From Macrostomum hystrix (taxonomy: Eukaryota; Animalia; Platyhelminthes), in the NCBI GenBank assembly GCA_950097015.1, contig CATNEN010000008.1, positions 4,154,001-4,218,000 of the forward strand: a DNA stretch of 64,000 bases, read 5' to 3'. The notes beneath the pieces were generated by a model. It had not been told where the DNA came from. It did not search any database and saw only the letters and a list, made by a program, of their open reading frames with translations. The position numbers and the translations under genes were made by a program. Every line of letters starts with the position of its first letter. Position 1 is the stretch's first letter. Below, piece after piece: positions 25,543-38,194 of the stretch.

Positions 25543-26952
25543 ATGTTCCAGTGGGCAGAGGTTCATCTAGGCCTCCTGCTGAACTTGCATGCACTATTCG
25601 CTGTCGGATCAGGTGACAAAACTATCTGTTTTATTTTTCACCGACAATTTTAGACAGAAATCCAGAATGAATTCATTTAACGTCTTTCAGGCCAGAATAT
25701 CACCTGCGGCACCTTCATCATCATACCGTATGGACCCTACTCAAACTACTTCTACGCCTACGACTCGGCTAATCGAGTTCTCATTTCCAAGTCCACGAGC
25801 AACACGCTGCTGCAGATGCGGCTGGAGGCAGCCCTTGATGGCACGGTGAATGCCGTCTCTATCGCAGACGCTCAAAGACCTGACTACTATTTTCGCCTGT
25901 CTGGGACTAGTTTCTACGTGTCCAGGACAGACAACACGGCCGCATTCAGGCAGTCAGCCAGCTTCAGAATCCGCTCAGCAGAGTTCTGCAACCACTGGCA
26001 CATCAGTCCCGTGCAGTATCCGAGCCAGATGATCTGGCCCTATGGTTATTACCTGACGAGATCTGAATATTCCGCTGATGATTCGAGCTGGTCCGACTCA
26101 GCACTCTCCTTCTCTTGCGTCACCTGTGAGTTATGTTGAATAACTCAAAGAGTACTAAGGAAAACTCATCATTGGGAGAACCCAGCGTTCTGGCAATCAG
26201 GTTGGGCCTCAGACTGCAGGACTGGCCTCACGATACGAAAGGCGGCTAAGGTGAACCAGCGGCGACACCGCACAACTTTACGGACGTCTGGCACCAGACC
26301 GCCAGGGTAGTCGAACTTCTGACGGCGCTGAGGCTCCGTTGCCTGCCATCATTCGTCACAAAATTACACCCGTACTCACTGGGGCAGTGTAGCTCGTACT
26401 CGAACACAAGACAGGCTACTGGCATCCATAGACAGGGATCAGGGGGGATTAGAGGTTGTCTTCCCTAAGCCCAGATTACATATTAGTGGGAATTCCAAAT
26501 GGCTGTTCCAGACACTCGCCTGTGCCAGTCTCAGCAGCTGCGTCTCAGATCGGGCAGTGGCAGCTACCTGTCCTGCTCACCTGGAAGCTCGTGCCAGCTG
26601 ACTGCATCAGAGTCAACCGCCACAGTGCTCACTGAGCAGGCGGGTCTGAGCAGCCTGCCGAGCTCCGTGTCCTTCCGCTCATCCGACTATCCCGACTACT
26701 ACCTGTCCGTGGACTCTCAGTGCCTCAAGCTGATGCCATCAGCTGGCACTTCAGCGTTCAACATCAGCGCCACCCTGAGACTGACCTTCGCAGCGTCGGG
26801 TGTCGACTGCAGCGACCGTCGCCTGCTGCCAGGTGTCAGTGGGACCGTTCTGAACTGGAGCACCAAAAGCGGGGGATGCGAAATCAGCCAAATCGAGTGG
26901 GATCCCTACATATACCCTGGCTACACTGTGTTCAGCCCTGCGTGCAGTGCTG
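25543..26952 (+). CDS. Secreted tandem AbfB/CBM42-like protein, unit C
   Basis: Exons 25543-25612 (MFQWAEVHLGLLLNLHALFAVGS), 25691-26125, 26512-26952. Exon 3 and its 3' flank are nearly identical to unit B in inverted orientation. Confidence 0.75.
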
Positions 26953-27159
26953 GTGAGTCTCTCCATTCACTCTTTTGTCTCAGAAAAGCTGGAGATACAA
27001 GAACTCAGGTATTTATGAAAGGTAAGCTGCAGGTTTTTAATTATTTCTGCTGCTGTCGCCTTGTCGGTGTATTTTTGTGCTTTTGAAAAAAACAACTGCC
27101 CATACGTTCTGAGCAGCGTTTGTAAATGAAAGCCTGGTTGACACCATGACTAAATACGG

Positions 27160-27878
27160 AGCATCTGTTGAGGAATCCATGGATTGCTAGTGTAGCATCT
27201 GTTGAGGAATCCATGGATTGCTAGTGTAGCATCTGTTGAGGACTCCATGGATTGCTAGTGTAGCATCTGTTGAGGACTCCATGGATTGCTAGTGTAGCAT
27301 CTGTTAAGGAATCCATGGATTGCTAGTGTAGCATCTGTTGAGGAATCCATGGATTGCTAGTGTAGCATCTGTTGAGGAATCCATGGATTGCTAGTGTAGC
27401 GTCTGTTGAGGAATCCATGGATTGCTAGTGTAGCGTCTGTTGAGGAATCCATGGATTGCTAGTGTAGCATCTGTTGAGGAATCCATGGATTGCTAGTGTA
27501 GCATCTGTTGAGGAATCCATGGATTGCTAGTGTAGCCTCTGTTGAGGAATCCATGGATTGCTAGTGTAGCATCTGTTGAGGAATCCATGGATTGCTAGTG
27601 TAGCATCTGTTGAGGAATCCATGGATTGCTAGTGTAGCATCTGTTGAGGAATCCATGGATTGCTAGTGTAGCATCTGTTGAGGAATCCATGGATTGCTAG
27701 TGTAGCATCTGTTGAGGAATCCATGGATTGCTAGTGTAGCATCTGTTGAGGAATCCATGGATTGCTAGTGTAGCATCTGTTGAGGAATCCATGGATTGCT
27801 AGTGTAGCATCTGTTGAGGAATCCATGGATTGCTAGTGTAGCATCTGTTGAGGAATCCATGGATTGCTAGTGTATCAT
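27160..27878. repeat. Minisatellite, 34-bp unit AGCATCTGTTGAGGAATCCATGGATTGCTAGTGT
   Basis: About 21 near-identical copies; palindromic core AATCCATGGATT. Confidence 0.95.
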
Positions 27879-29166
27879 CTTTTGTGGCATCTCTTGACAA
27901 TCTATTTTTGCATCAGCTTGTTAAGTGTCGAAAGATTATAAATACAATGCTTACTTTTAATTATAGTAAAATTCTTCAGAAGCCGGAGCATTCCATTCTT
28001 CCTTTTTGAGCATAATTTTACAAGCCGACTGGCTTGAGGCCGTCTACCATTGCACTTGCACTGAGGCCATTGAGCCCTACTAAATAAGTAAATTAGCATT
28101 CGATTAGCATTCCTTTAGTGCGCGCCTCATTGATATTCAGGCCACTGCGTGGGCAAATTAAGCCCCTACCTCCAGCAATGACCAGGTGCTAGGTAATGAG
28201 GCCTAGACTTACTCTGCACATAAGCCATACTTCAATTGGGGCATTGCTGCAGGCACAGGTAGCGCTCAACTAAGGAAAGTTGAATGTAGCAAAGTGAGGT
28301 TACTATGTATGGTTAACGATACGCTTGTAATCACTCTCGTTATTAGCTGTGTATGAATCATAACTTTTTATGCCCTCCATGGCATCAAAAAAAAATAAAT
28401 AAATAAATAATGGTTTAGAGATTGCATGCCGTTTATTTCATGGTGCTTTAGTTACTCTACGCCTGTGATATTTTTTTTATTGGAAGTTTTTTGCGAATCG
28501 AAAATATGCGCATGTACCACGCGTTCATGACGCAAAACCCCCAGACAAGGTCGCGTTGTGACTGACCCGTTGATTGACTTGATTGAGCAGGAACAATAGT
28601 CTTTGTTTAGTTAAGGGAGATTTTAGCCTATTAGTTAGATCTTTAGGGTTCTGAACGAGAGGTCGGGAGTTCGTACAGTTGTACACAGGCTTTGGAAGGG
28701 CCACGCCTTAGCTGCGACTTGAGCAGTCTGCACGAGCCACTAGTTGCCAAGGAGGGGGAGCGTCAAATCGCGGGTTTGAGCGAAAATTCTCTTGTTTTGG
28801 CGGGCTCAATAAATTTGTGACAGATTTCTTTTAATCAAAGACAAATAGTACATTAGCGCTGGCATTTGAAACTAATTGACTACTTCGTGAAAACCGGTGC
28901 TCTCCCATCCGAGAGATAAGCTACTAAAGCGATACGCAGGGGAGAAGTATACGAAGTATTGAAGCATTTAAAAAATAAGTTTTAAGATTTACGCACCAGT
29001 CGCGTTAATAAACTTGCCGCAGGTGATCACATAAAGCTACTCGCATAAAAAGCCTCGTTGCAAAGATTAGTAATAAAAAATAGCATGATAAAGCAAAGCA
29101 GGTCAGGCGATCGCGCAGTTTGCATGGTGCGTTCGGACAGCACAGCCTGGTCTCGTCATCTCTTGC

Positions 29167-31827
29167 TCAAACTTGAGTTGTAGTGCGAGGCGGACGGACT
29201 GGCTGACTGGCTGGCTCCATCGACTTATTGGGCAGCCCGGCAGCTCTTGGTGGCGCAGTTATTACCATGCCCGCATTCGGCCTTGCTGGAGAAGCCGATG
29301 TGCGCCTTGCTGAGTAAGTCGATGGTTTGTTTGGTAGAGAGCTCGCAGATGGGGCCGCGTACGGTTGAGTCGCAGCGTAAATTGGCGACGTTACTATCGT
29401 AACCCTTGGTGGCGAAGCTTCGGAAGGTCTCCCTCGAGAGGTTCGAGTTGGTGGTCCTGATGAAGCACTTGCAGAGTCTTGTGAAGGATAAGCTTCTGGA
29501 GGTCTCGACCTTGAGCTCTGAGCAAGCCTTGATGAAGCACTTGCAGGGTCTTGTGAAGGATTCTCTTCTGGAGGTCTCGACCTTGAGCTCTGAGCAAGCC
29601 TTGATGAGGCACTTGCAGCGTCTTGTGAAGGATAAGCTTCTGGAGGTCTCGACCTTGAGCTCTGAGCAGGCCTTGATGAGGCACTTGCAGCGTCTTGTGA
29701 AGGATAAGCTTCTGGAGTTCGTGACCGTGAGCTCTGAGCAGGCCTTGATGAAGCATTCGCCGCGTCTTGTGAAGGATAAGCTTCTGGAGGTCGCGACCTT
29801 GAGCTCTGAGCAAGCCTTGAAGAGGCACTTGCAGCGTCTTGTGACGGATAAGCTTCTGGAGGTCTCGACCTTGAGCTCTGAGCAAGCCTTGATGAGGCAC
29901 TTGCAGCGTCTTGTGAAGGATAAGCTTCTGGAGGTCTCGACCTTGAGCTCTGAGCAAGCCTTGATGAAGCACTTGCAGCGTCTTGTGAAGGATTCTCTTC
30001 TGGAGGTCTCGACCTTGAGCTCTGAGCAAGCCTTGATGAGGCACTTGCAGCGTCTTGTGAAGGATAAGCTTCTGGAGGTCGCGACCTTGAGCTCTGAGCA
30101 GGCCTTGATGAAGCATTCGCCGCGTCTTGTGAAGGATAAGCTTCTGGAGTTCGTGACCGTGAGCTCTGAGCAGGCCTTGATGAAGCATTCGCAGCGTCTT
30201 GTGAAGGATTCACTTCTGTAGGTCTCGACCTTGAGCTCTGAGCAGGCCGTGATGAAGTATTCGCAGCATCAAAAGCTGTTGAGGTCGGAGTCTGAGTAGG
30301 TCTTGCTGAGTTTTTCGCATCCTCCATTGGCGCAGCGGCTTCCGGTGATCGGGATGGCGATGCAGCTGCTAGCACTGGTCCAGAGTTTGCATGGTTTTGG
30401 GCGGGCCTTGAAGAATAACTTACTCTAGCCTTCGAAGGAGAAGCATACAGCGTTTCAGAGGCCTGTCGAGGCGCATTAGCTTCTGGTGCAAGCTGTCTGC
30501 TTACAATCGCAGCCTCTCTAAATTAGCCAAGAGAGAGGTCAGCAAGCATATTAACTAGGCCCTGAGGAAATAAAATTGCAATTTCCATAAAAATCTACAA
30601 ATTTTTTCAACGACACATTTTATACTCACATGGGCTGCCTTTGATTTGCCGAATGACTGGATGCCGAATGCCGAGCGGCTGTGCCAGAGCGATTTACACT
30701 TGCTCGGGATGACTAAAATGTTTAGACAACTAAAAATAGCTTGTTTTCTTTAGGGCTACATAAAAGCTCCACTGAGAGCAATGGAAAAACCTGATTTCCT
30801 GCCGTGGATTGGTGTTCACCGGAGGCCGGCTGAGTCGTCACAATGGCACCGTGCGGAGTGCGGGTCACTGCTTCGTCGGTAGAGGTGCCGCTGACAATGG
30901 CCTCACTGTGAAGTTGTAAAGCAGAATAATCTGACAGTCCAGGTTTCTCCACAAATGTTTAATTTATTTGACTAAATTAAGAAGTAACAAACCCGGGCTG
31001 CTTCCTTTGACTGACGCTCACAGTGCTGACCTGTACCATGTTGTCTCGAGTGGGTGCAAACTACGGAACAGGTGCAAAAACAGGGTGAGATCATTAGAGA
31101 AAGTCTGGAAAATATTGATTTTCAGGACTTCAATCACTAAAATGGTGGCACATACCTGCACCTTCCGTCGCTCCTGGTTGCTGATTGTGTAAGCGTCGAA
31201 GTAAAATTTGACAGCCGCGGCAAAGAATATCAGACCAATGACTAGCAGGATCGGTCCCGCAATCTCTCCCTTGTCTATTGTGAGCATTAGATTGTTGTGA
31301 AAGCGAAGTCCAAAGATAACGCCAGACACAATGATGAAGATTACGCCGACGATAGTCAGACAGATGGCGACCCGGTAGGGCCCCCTTCCTCTGCCGAAGT
31401 AGGGCGCCGATAGAAAGCCGCGCACCTTCTTGTCGTGATACTCCTGGTGGATGCTGGACTTGCCACTTCGCCTGCTCACTATCGAAGCCTTGGATCCGCC
31501 CAGACTAGTCGACTGCGAGTGCGTTGAATTGCTTCGTGCCCCACTCTGCATTGTGGAATTCCGACTGGCTGCGGCGACTGCGGAGCTCGGAGCATAGTAC
31601 AGCTGGCTCCGACCCGCTGAGTACACGACTGGGACGTGCCTGGTGGCATTTTGCTGGTACAGCTGCTGCTGCTGCTGTTGATGAGGTTGAGGCTGACGAC
31701 TGAGCATTGTGTTTCGACCGTGTGACTGCTGCTGCAGGGTTGACTGCTGCATCTGCTGCTGCTGCTGGATCACCACTGGCACAGTGGCATGCGAATGGTA
31801 CTGGTAGGCCTTATTAACGTAGGCCAT
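29167..31827 (-). CDS. Two-transmembrane protein with Gln-rich N-terminus and probable Ser/Arg/Pro-rich 24-aa repeat C-terminal exon
   Basis: ORF 31827-31156 ends at donor CAG|GTATGT and encodes two hydrophobic segments (VAICLTIVGVIFIIVSGVIFGL; IAGPILLVIGLIFFAAAV). Small candidate exons lie at ~31060-31031 and ~30947-30795, then an open frame from ~30515 to the stop at 29167. Linking the downstream exons is tentative; the first exon is firmer. Confidence 0.55.
29450..30250 (-). repeat. 72-bp tandem repeat (24 aa: SSRSRPPEAYPSQDAASASSRLAQ) inside an open frame
   Basis: About 11 copies with no length variation. Confidence 0.9.
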
Positions 31828-32674
31828 TATTTAGTTAGCAGAAAAATCCTACTTAATTCCAATTAGCTTTTCTATACCAACGCCTTACTCTGGCTGCAGT
31901 CTTATAGGTGAGGCTTCTTTCTTAGAATGTTTCGCAATTGAAATTGCGCCCTATCGCCTAACGCCGTTTACATTTTTTACTGCAAAATATTTTCACTGCG
32001 AAAATGGGCACAGTAATGGGCTGTGAGCTTTGCTGGCACTTGCACATTGGTCCTTGTATTGGCTGAAGTTTTACTGCCTAGTGAGTTTTTGGCCTAACTG
32101 ATAAGGATATTGCACTTGCCAACAGCAGGAAAAAAACGAGCGAGCAGCATTTTGCATAGTCATGAAGTTAGAAAAGCGAAATAGACTCGAGCTTATCTTA
32201 CCACAGATAGCAATGAAAGTTTAGAGACTTGTATTTGGGTAAATTAAATACTTCTGTTGCACATACTGGTTACTCTAAATACAACTGCTGCTGAATACAG
32301 GCGGCTCATTTCTAATAGGATTTGATTCAATAGAAAAAAATTATAGGATTTGCTCTAACTTTCCAAGTTGTCAATATTGCAGAGATATAAAATCAGGGTT
32401 ATTTGATATTTTTAATTATGAATCTTCAATCCCTCACAACCTTTATGAAAGGCCTAGTTGTAAGCCGAGCCGGTCGACGCTATCGAAATTAGAACAAAAT
32501 ATCGAAATTAGAACAAAAAGCTAAATGCGAGTACCAGAAAGTCAATATTTGCGGGTGAAAGTCTACTTCTAACTTAAAATCGATCGATAAATAATGGGGA
32601 AGAGAATAGTTTGGGCTAGACTGAAGGGGTTTAGCACAAAAGGGGCGAAAAAGTCGATAACAAATTGCGTGTAC

Positions 32675-33095
32675 GGGGCAGAGAACGCCATGTGGGGTGG
32701 GGGGAGAGAATATTTCGGGGTTGGCCTTAAGGCTTGTTGTTTTTTCATCGGATAGAGCGGAAGGGGGTTTGGCACGATGGGGGGACAAAAAATCGATAAT
32801 AAATGGCACAGACGGGGCAGAGAACGCCATGTGGGGTGGGGGGAAGAGAATATTTCGGGGTTGGTCTTTAGGCTTGTTGTTTTTTCATCGGATAGAGCGG
32901 AAGGGGGTTTAGCACGATGGGGGGACAAAAAAACGATAATAAATGGCACAGACGGGGCAGAGAACGCCATGTGGGGTGGGAAGAGAATATTTCGGGGTTG
33001 GTCTTTAGGCCTGTTGTTTTTTCATCAGATAGAGCGGAAGGGGGTTTGGCACGATGGGGGGGACAAAAAATCGATAATTGTCCCCCCCATCGTGC
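32675..33095. repeat. 139-140-bp tandem repeat (~3 copies) ending in an 18-bp perfect hairpin
   Basis: GGGGCAGAGAACGCCATGTGG recurs at 32675, 32814, 32954; hairpin arms at 33049-33066 and 33078-33095. Confidence 0.85.
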
Positions 33096-33100
33096 GCCAC

Positions 33101-33445
33101 AGGTCGATAAGTCCGAGCTCCCCCTGCCGTGCCGTGACCGCGCCACGCTAGCTCAGCTTCGCTCCGGCCACTGCAGGCTACTCCGTCGAGGCGCGTAGCG
33201 CAACCATCATTACCAAGCTAAGATCGACCCAAGCATCGACACCACCTGCCCAAGATGCAACGATGCTGAGGACACCGTCGCGCACCTCTTCACCTGCCGC
33301 GCCCACCCCACCGACCTGGCCTCCATCGACCTCTGGGCCAATCCTCGCAGCATCGGGGCCTGCTGCTTTCTGTCTTCCCCGGAGCCGGTAGCCGGCCCTG
33401 GACCTCCCTGACTGGCTAACACACACACACACACACAGCAGCAAC
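33101..33445 (+). mobile_element. 3' fragment of a non-LTR retrotransposon (C-terminal CCHC zinc knuckle), degenerate
   Basis: Reads DRATLAQLRSGHCRLL...*...YQAKIDPSIDTTCPRCNDAEDTVAHLFTC...DLW, typical of the ORF2 C-terminus of I-group-like LINEs; ends in an (AC)n tail. Confidence 0.7.
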
Positions 33446-34559
33446 TAGACCCTTAGATTCTCAGCATACCCCAGTGCATGATTGACAACAGAGTTATTTA
33501 TTACCAATCGATGGTTATCTCTTGACCTTAAGTGGTCTTAATATCGAGCCTGCAGCTCCACTTGCTGTTCTTGTACAAACTAAGATATTTGCATGAGGGA
33601 TCATTGCTCATACATTTTAATATTATAGTATAGTAATATGGTACACTAATCTGCCGTACAGCAGAGCGACTTGTGAGACAGCTTCTGTCAGCTGTCAATA
33701 TGTGGTTGGTCAGCTTCTCTGCCATTGTTCTGCCCCAATCACCACCTGTGTCTGCTGTCTCATTGTCTGATTCCACCCCAAACTGGTTCTCACCTCCCAA
33801 GCTGTTCCGATTGTAAGACAAAGCGTCTACAACGGCTCACTTGGGTCAAGCGTCTCAAATGGCTGTTGCTAGGCACGCCGAAGTTCATAATGGCTACAAG
33901 CATGCAACAGAGCTTAGCATGGCCCATGCATAATTCAGTTCTTGTCCAATTAATGTCTGGGAAATGTGTTTCCCAATGCTCCATGTCTCATTCCAGTTCT
34001 GACTTATAAAAGGGTTCTTTTTAATGGTGGTTAATTGCTATATTCAAGACATGCTGCCAAGTCTTCACCTCCTTCAGCCAGAGACTGCACCAGACATGCT
34101 GCTGCGGCTTCTGCTGGCGACAGTGTGCATTGCGGGTTAGTGTTTTCCTGCTACTTTGACACATCCTCGAGATTCCGAGATTTCGAGACACTCAGCTCGT
34201 CACATGGTCGCTTTGCTGTGAAAACATTTAGAAACGAAATGGTGAGTTTGATGGTGAGTAAACCCCAATGGATTCTGGGATTCATAGAATATTTCTTGAG
34301 GGCCAGGTTTATATCTTCTAAACAACCAAATCACTCAATAAGTCAGCGCATCATCGCGTCACTTTCGGCTTTGATCAAAACGTGGATAGCAGGGTACAAA
34401 GGATGAGCATCAGGATGACTACTGACACGGTATTTTATTATTTAATTCCTATTCAATTATTCAACAATTTTCATTTAAGGTATAGTGGGCTTTCAGCCAC
34501 GTATTCGAGTTGGTGTGCTTTGAGCAACTCATGGTTGACACACCATTATCCAACTATAA

Positions 34560-35608
34560 GCTAACCATCAACCATCAACCATCAACCATCAACCATCAAC
34601 CATCGACCATCAGCCATCAACCATCAACCATCGACCATCAGCCATCAACCATCAGCCATCAACCACCATCCACCAACCACCAACCGTCAGCTATCAACCA
34701 CAAAGCATCAACCACCAACCACCAACCATCAACCATCAACCATCGACCATCAGCCATCAACCATCAACCATCGACCATCAGCCATCAACCACCATCCACC
34801 AACCACCAACCGTCAGCTATCAACCACAAAGCATCAACCACCAACCATCAACCATCAACCATCGACCATCAGCCATCAACCATCAACCATCGACCATCAG
34901 CCATCAACCATCAGCCATCAACCACCATCCACTAACCACCAACCGTCAGCTATCAACCACAAAGCATCAACCACCAACCACCATCCACCAACCGCCAACC
35001 ATCAACCATCAACCATCAACCATCAGCCATCAACCATCAGGCATCAGTCACCAACCACCAACCACCAACAATCAACCATCAACCATCAACCATCGACCAT
35101 CGACCATCAGCCATCAACCATCAACCATCGACTATCAGCCATCAACCATCAGCCATCAACCATCAACCATCAGCCATCAACCATCAGGCATCAGTCACCA
35201 ACCATCAACTACCAACGATCAACCATCAGCCATCAACCACCAACCACCAACCACCAACAATCAACCATCAACCATCAACCATCGACCATCGACCATCAGC
35301 CATCAACCATCAACCATCGACTATCAGCCATCAACCATCAGCCATCAACCACCAACCACCAACCACCAACAATCAACCATCAACCATCGACTATCAGCCA
35401 TTAACCAACAACCATCAACCATCAGCCATCAACCACCAACCAACAACTACCAACAATCAACCATCAACCATCGACTATCAGCCATCAACCATCAGCCATC
35501 AACCATCAACCATCAGCCATCAACCACCAACCACCAACCACCAACAATCAACCATCAACCATCGACTATCAGCCATCAACCATCAACCATCAACCATCAA
35601 CCATCAAC
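34560..35608. repeat. Degenerate 7-mer satellite (CAACCAT)n
   Basis: Direct inspection. Confidence 0.95.
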
Positions 35609-36096
35609 TCCGCAATAAAGCCACAAAACTAGAAAATTACTTAAAAATCAAAGTTGACAATTTTAAAAAATTTAATAAAAATCTCCAAATGGATGTATCC
35701 GATTCTGCCCCTCCACTCGACATGAGTGACGCCTCAGTTTTCCTATAATTCCAGCTAGGAAGTATCAGTCTCATCAGTGACGCTTACGATTGGCTAGAGT
35801 AAATAAGCTGCTTATTACACTGAAGTGCAATGTAAGGAAACGAATGGCACAAGCCAGTCATGCAAGGCTGCTTTTCGCTTTGAAAAACGGTCATAAACTA
35901 ATCTCGAGTCGATTCCAGAACAACCCAGGGCTGGATTGGACTGTTCAGAGCTGTAAATGCGACGCAGAGGCATTGCGGAGTCGAAAGAGTCGAAGGAAAC
36001 GTCGCGAAAGAGTTCTCCTAGAAGCCTAATCTGAATCTAGTCCCATTTAGCTATTGTTGCAGGACAGACTGCGACAGTTTCAGTCTTCTGGCAAGG

Positions 36097-37254
36097 ATGC
36101 CACCGCTGCTCGAGCTAGCGGTCTTAGGATTCTACTTAGTTTCCATGCAGCTCATGCATGGGCCGCAAGGTGAGACCCCTGTTGTGAGGCTTATGACAAC
36201 CGTAGAACAGCTCGTTATGTTGCTTACGATGCATGATTTTGATATTTCAGGGCAAAACATCACATGCGACACCTTCATGATGATGGCCTACGGACCAGAC
36301 TCAAACCGATTCTTCTCATACAACTCGAACTCAAGAGTGATCATCTCACAGTTGTCAACCGACTCGCCGCTGCAGATGAGGCTCGAAGCCGCACTGGATG
36401 GAACTGTCACCTGCGTGTCCTTCGCCGACGCACTCAGGCCGAATTTCTACCTGTTCATGAATGGCCAGCAGCTGCACGTGTCGCAGACTGACAATTCGAC
36501 CTCATTCCGACGAGGCGCGAGCTTCAGCATTGAGACTGCGGAGTTTTGCAATCACTGGCGCATGAGCCCGCTGCTGTATCCGGGACAGCGGCTGCGACAT
36601 GCCAGCTTCGTCCTGACCAGTTCCGACTGGACGAATGAGGCACTTTTCAGGTCCGACTCAGCGTTCTCCTTTCACTGTGTCAACTGTGAGTCTGCGTCGA
36701 ATCTATTTGCATACTGCTAATTTTTACCCATCATACTGGCCTGCCACGATTTTATGTGCCAGTGCGCTCGGTTTAAATAAAGTTCAGGTCAAAATTAATT
36801 TTTTCAGACCACCCTTTGTGCCCGAGTCGGCGGTTGCGGCTCAGATCAAGCGACAGTGGCTACATCTGGTGCCAACCTGGCGGTCTGTGTCAGCTGGTGC
36901 CGAGAGATTCGAACGCGACGGTGCTCAGAGAGCTGGCAGGGTTGAGCAGCGCACCAAACTCTGTCTCCCTTGAGTCTGCCTCTGATACTGGCTTCTTTCT
37001 GTCAGTGGACGACCAACAGTGCCTTAAATTGAGCATTAAATACCCGAATCACGCTACGTTGAACACTAGGTCCACCTTAATGTTTACTTACGCCGCATCG
37101 GGAGTCAATTGCAACAACCGTCGCCTCCTTCTACCTGATAGTAGGGCTCTTGTGGTGAATAAAAGTTTGAATTCAATGTGTCACCTCAAATCGATCGTTT
37201 GGGAGCCGAGCAGCTTCGCCAGCGATTTGGTGTTGAGTCCGGTCTATCAACCAG
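36097..37254 (+). CDS. Secreted tandem AbfB/CBM42-like protein, unit D
   Basis: Exons 36097-36169 (MPPLLELAVLGFYLVSMQLMHGPQ), 36251-36685, 36808-37254; RLRHASF...LFRSDSAF; AGLSSAPNSVSLESASDTGFFL. Confidence 0.75.
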
Positions 37255-38194
37255 GTGAGTTGTGCTGCTGAGCATCTCCACCTCCGTATGGCAAGGAGAA
37301 CAGTATTGGTGAGTGCAGGTAAGTACGGTCGTCCTTTGAATTTCCATTTAATCATCAAAGCCCAGCATGTTCTACTTGCTCGCTAGTAGCATTGTACGAG
37401 TCCAACGTCAAATTATATTGTAAATATTTCGTCAAGATTAATCCAGAAAGAGATTTTTTATCAACATCTGACTTCATTTGATTTTTTTCATTTGTTTATC
37501 TAAGAACAATGACTGTTATTAATCACAGAAAATATGCAAATATATGGTTACTAACATTTTCCTATGTCTTAAGCAAGACATTAAAAAAAGAATTAAAATC
37601 GAATGTGAAAACAAAGCAAAAAAATTCAGGAAGCTGTACAGAGAGACAACAAACAGCGAATGAACATTGTCTGAATTAAAAAGACACAGATAAGAAAAAG
37701 CTGCAGTCTTTGATATGGCAATATGTTTCTGTCTGGTCCCAACTGTTCTGGTTTGAGCTGGGAAACGGATTTTTCAAACATCCGTTTTGTGGATTTTCCT
37801 GTACTACCAACCTTACCTGGCTTTGCAGGGAGATGACTTTATGCTTTAATTCATAGCCATCACAATCCCCCATGCTGATTTTCTTTGTAGCTGAAGCTGG
37901 ATGCTCTGACAGTTTGACAAAATCGATCCCAACGAAGAACATGAATTGAAAAGATGGTTGAAATAGGCAAATCTAGTTGTATTCCAGTGTAGATTCCGTT
38001 GTAGGCACGCCAACAATATTTCTTGCACCTACGAGCGTTGATAGAGATAGAGACTACACCTAGACCATTTGAGCACAGTGTACAACCAGAGTCGCAGCCT
38101 CATCTGTTGCGCAGCGCTTCCGAAGGCTGTGTACAGCTTGTTCAGTCCATGGAACAGGCCGCAACACCCACCCTAATTCTGATCCTACAGTATT

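Noticed and set aside
27160-27878. CRISPR-like appearance of regular 31-41-bp repeats (also 650-1965, 52904-53719, 55198-55708)
   Set aside because: Head-to-tail units with no unique spacers, no cas genes and a eukaryotic context.
28160-28330. Possible CR1/L2-like reverse transcriptase remnant (PYFNWGIAAG...QLRKVE)
   Set aside because: Too short and degenerate to call by eye; needs a tBLASTn or Dfam search.
33520-34410. Short ORFs and exon-like islands between the LINE fragment and the 7-mer satellite
   Set aside because: No recognisable motif or consistent splice chain.
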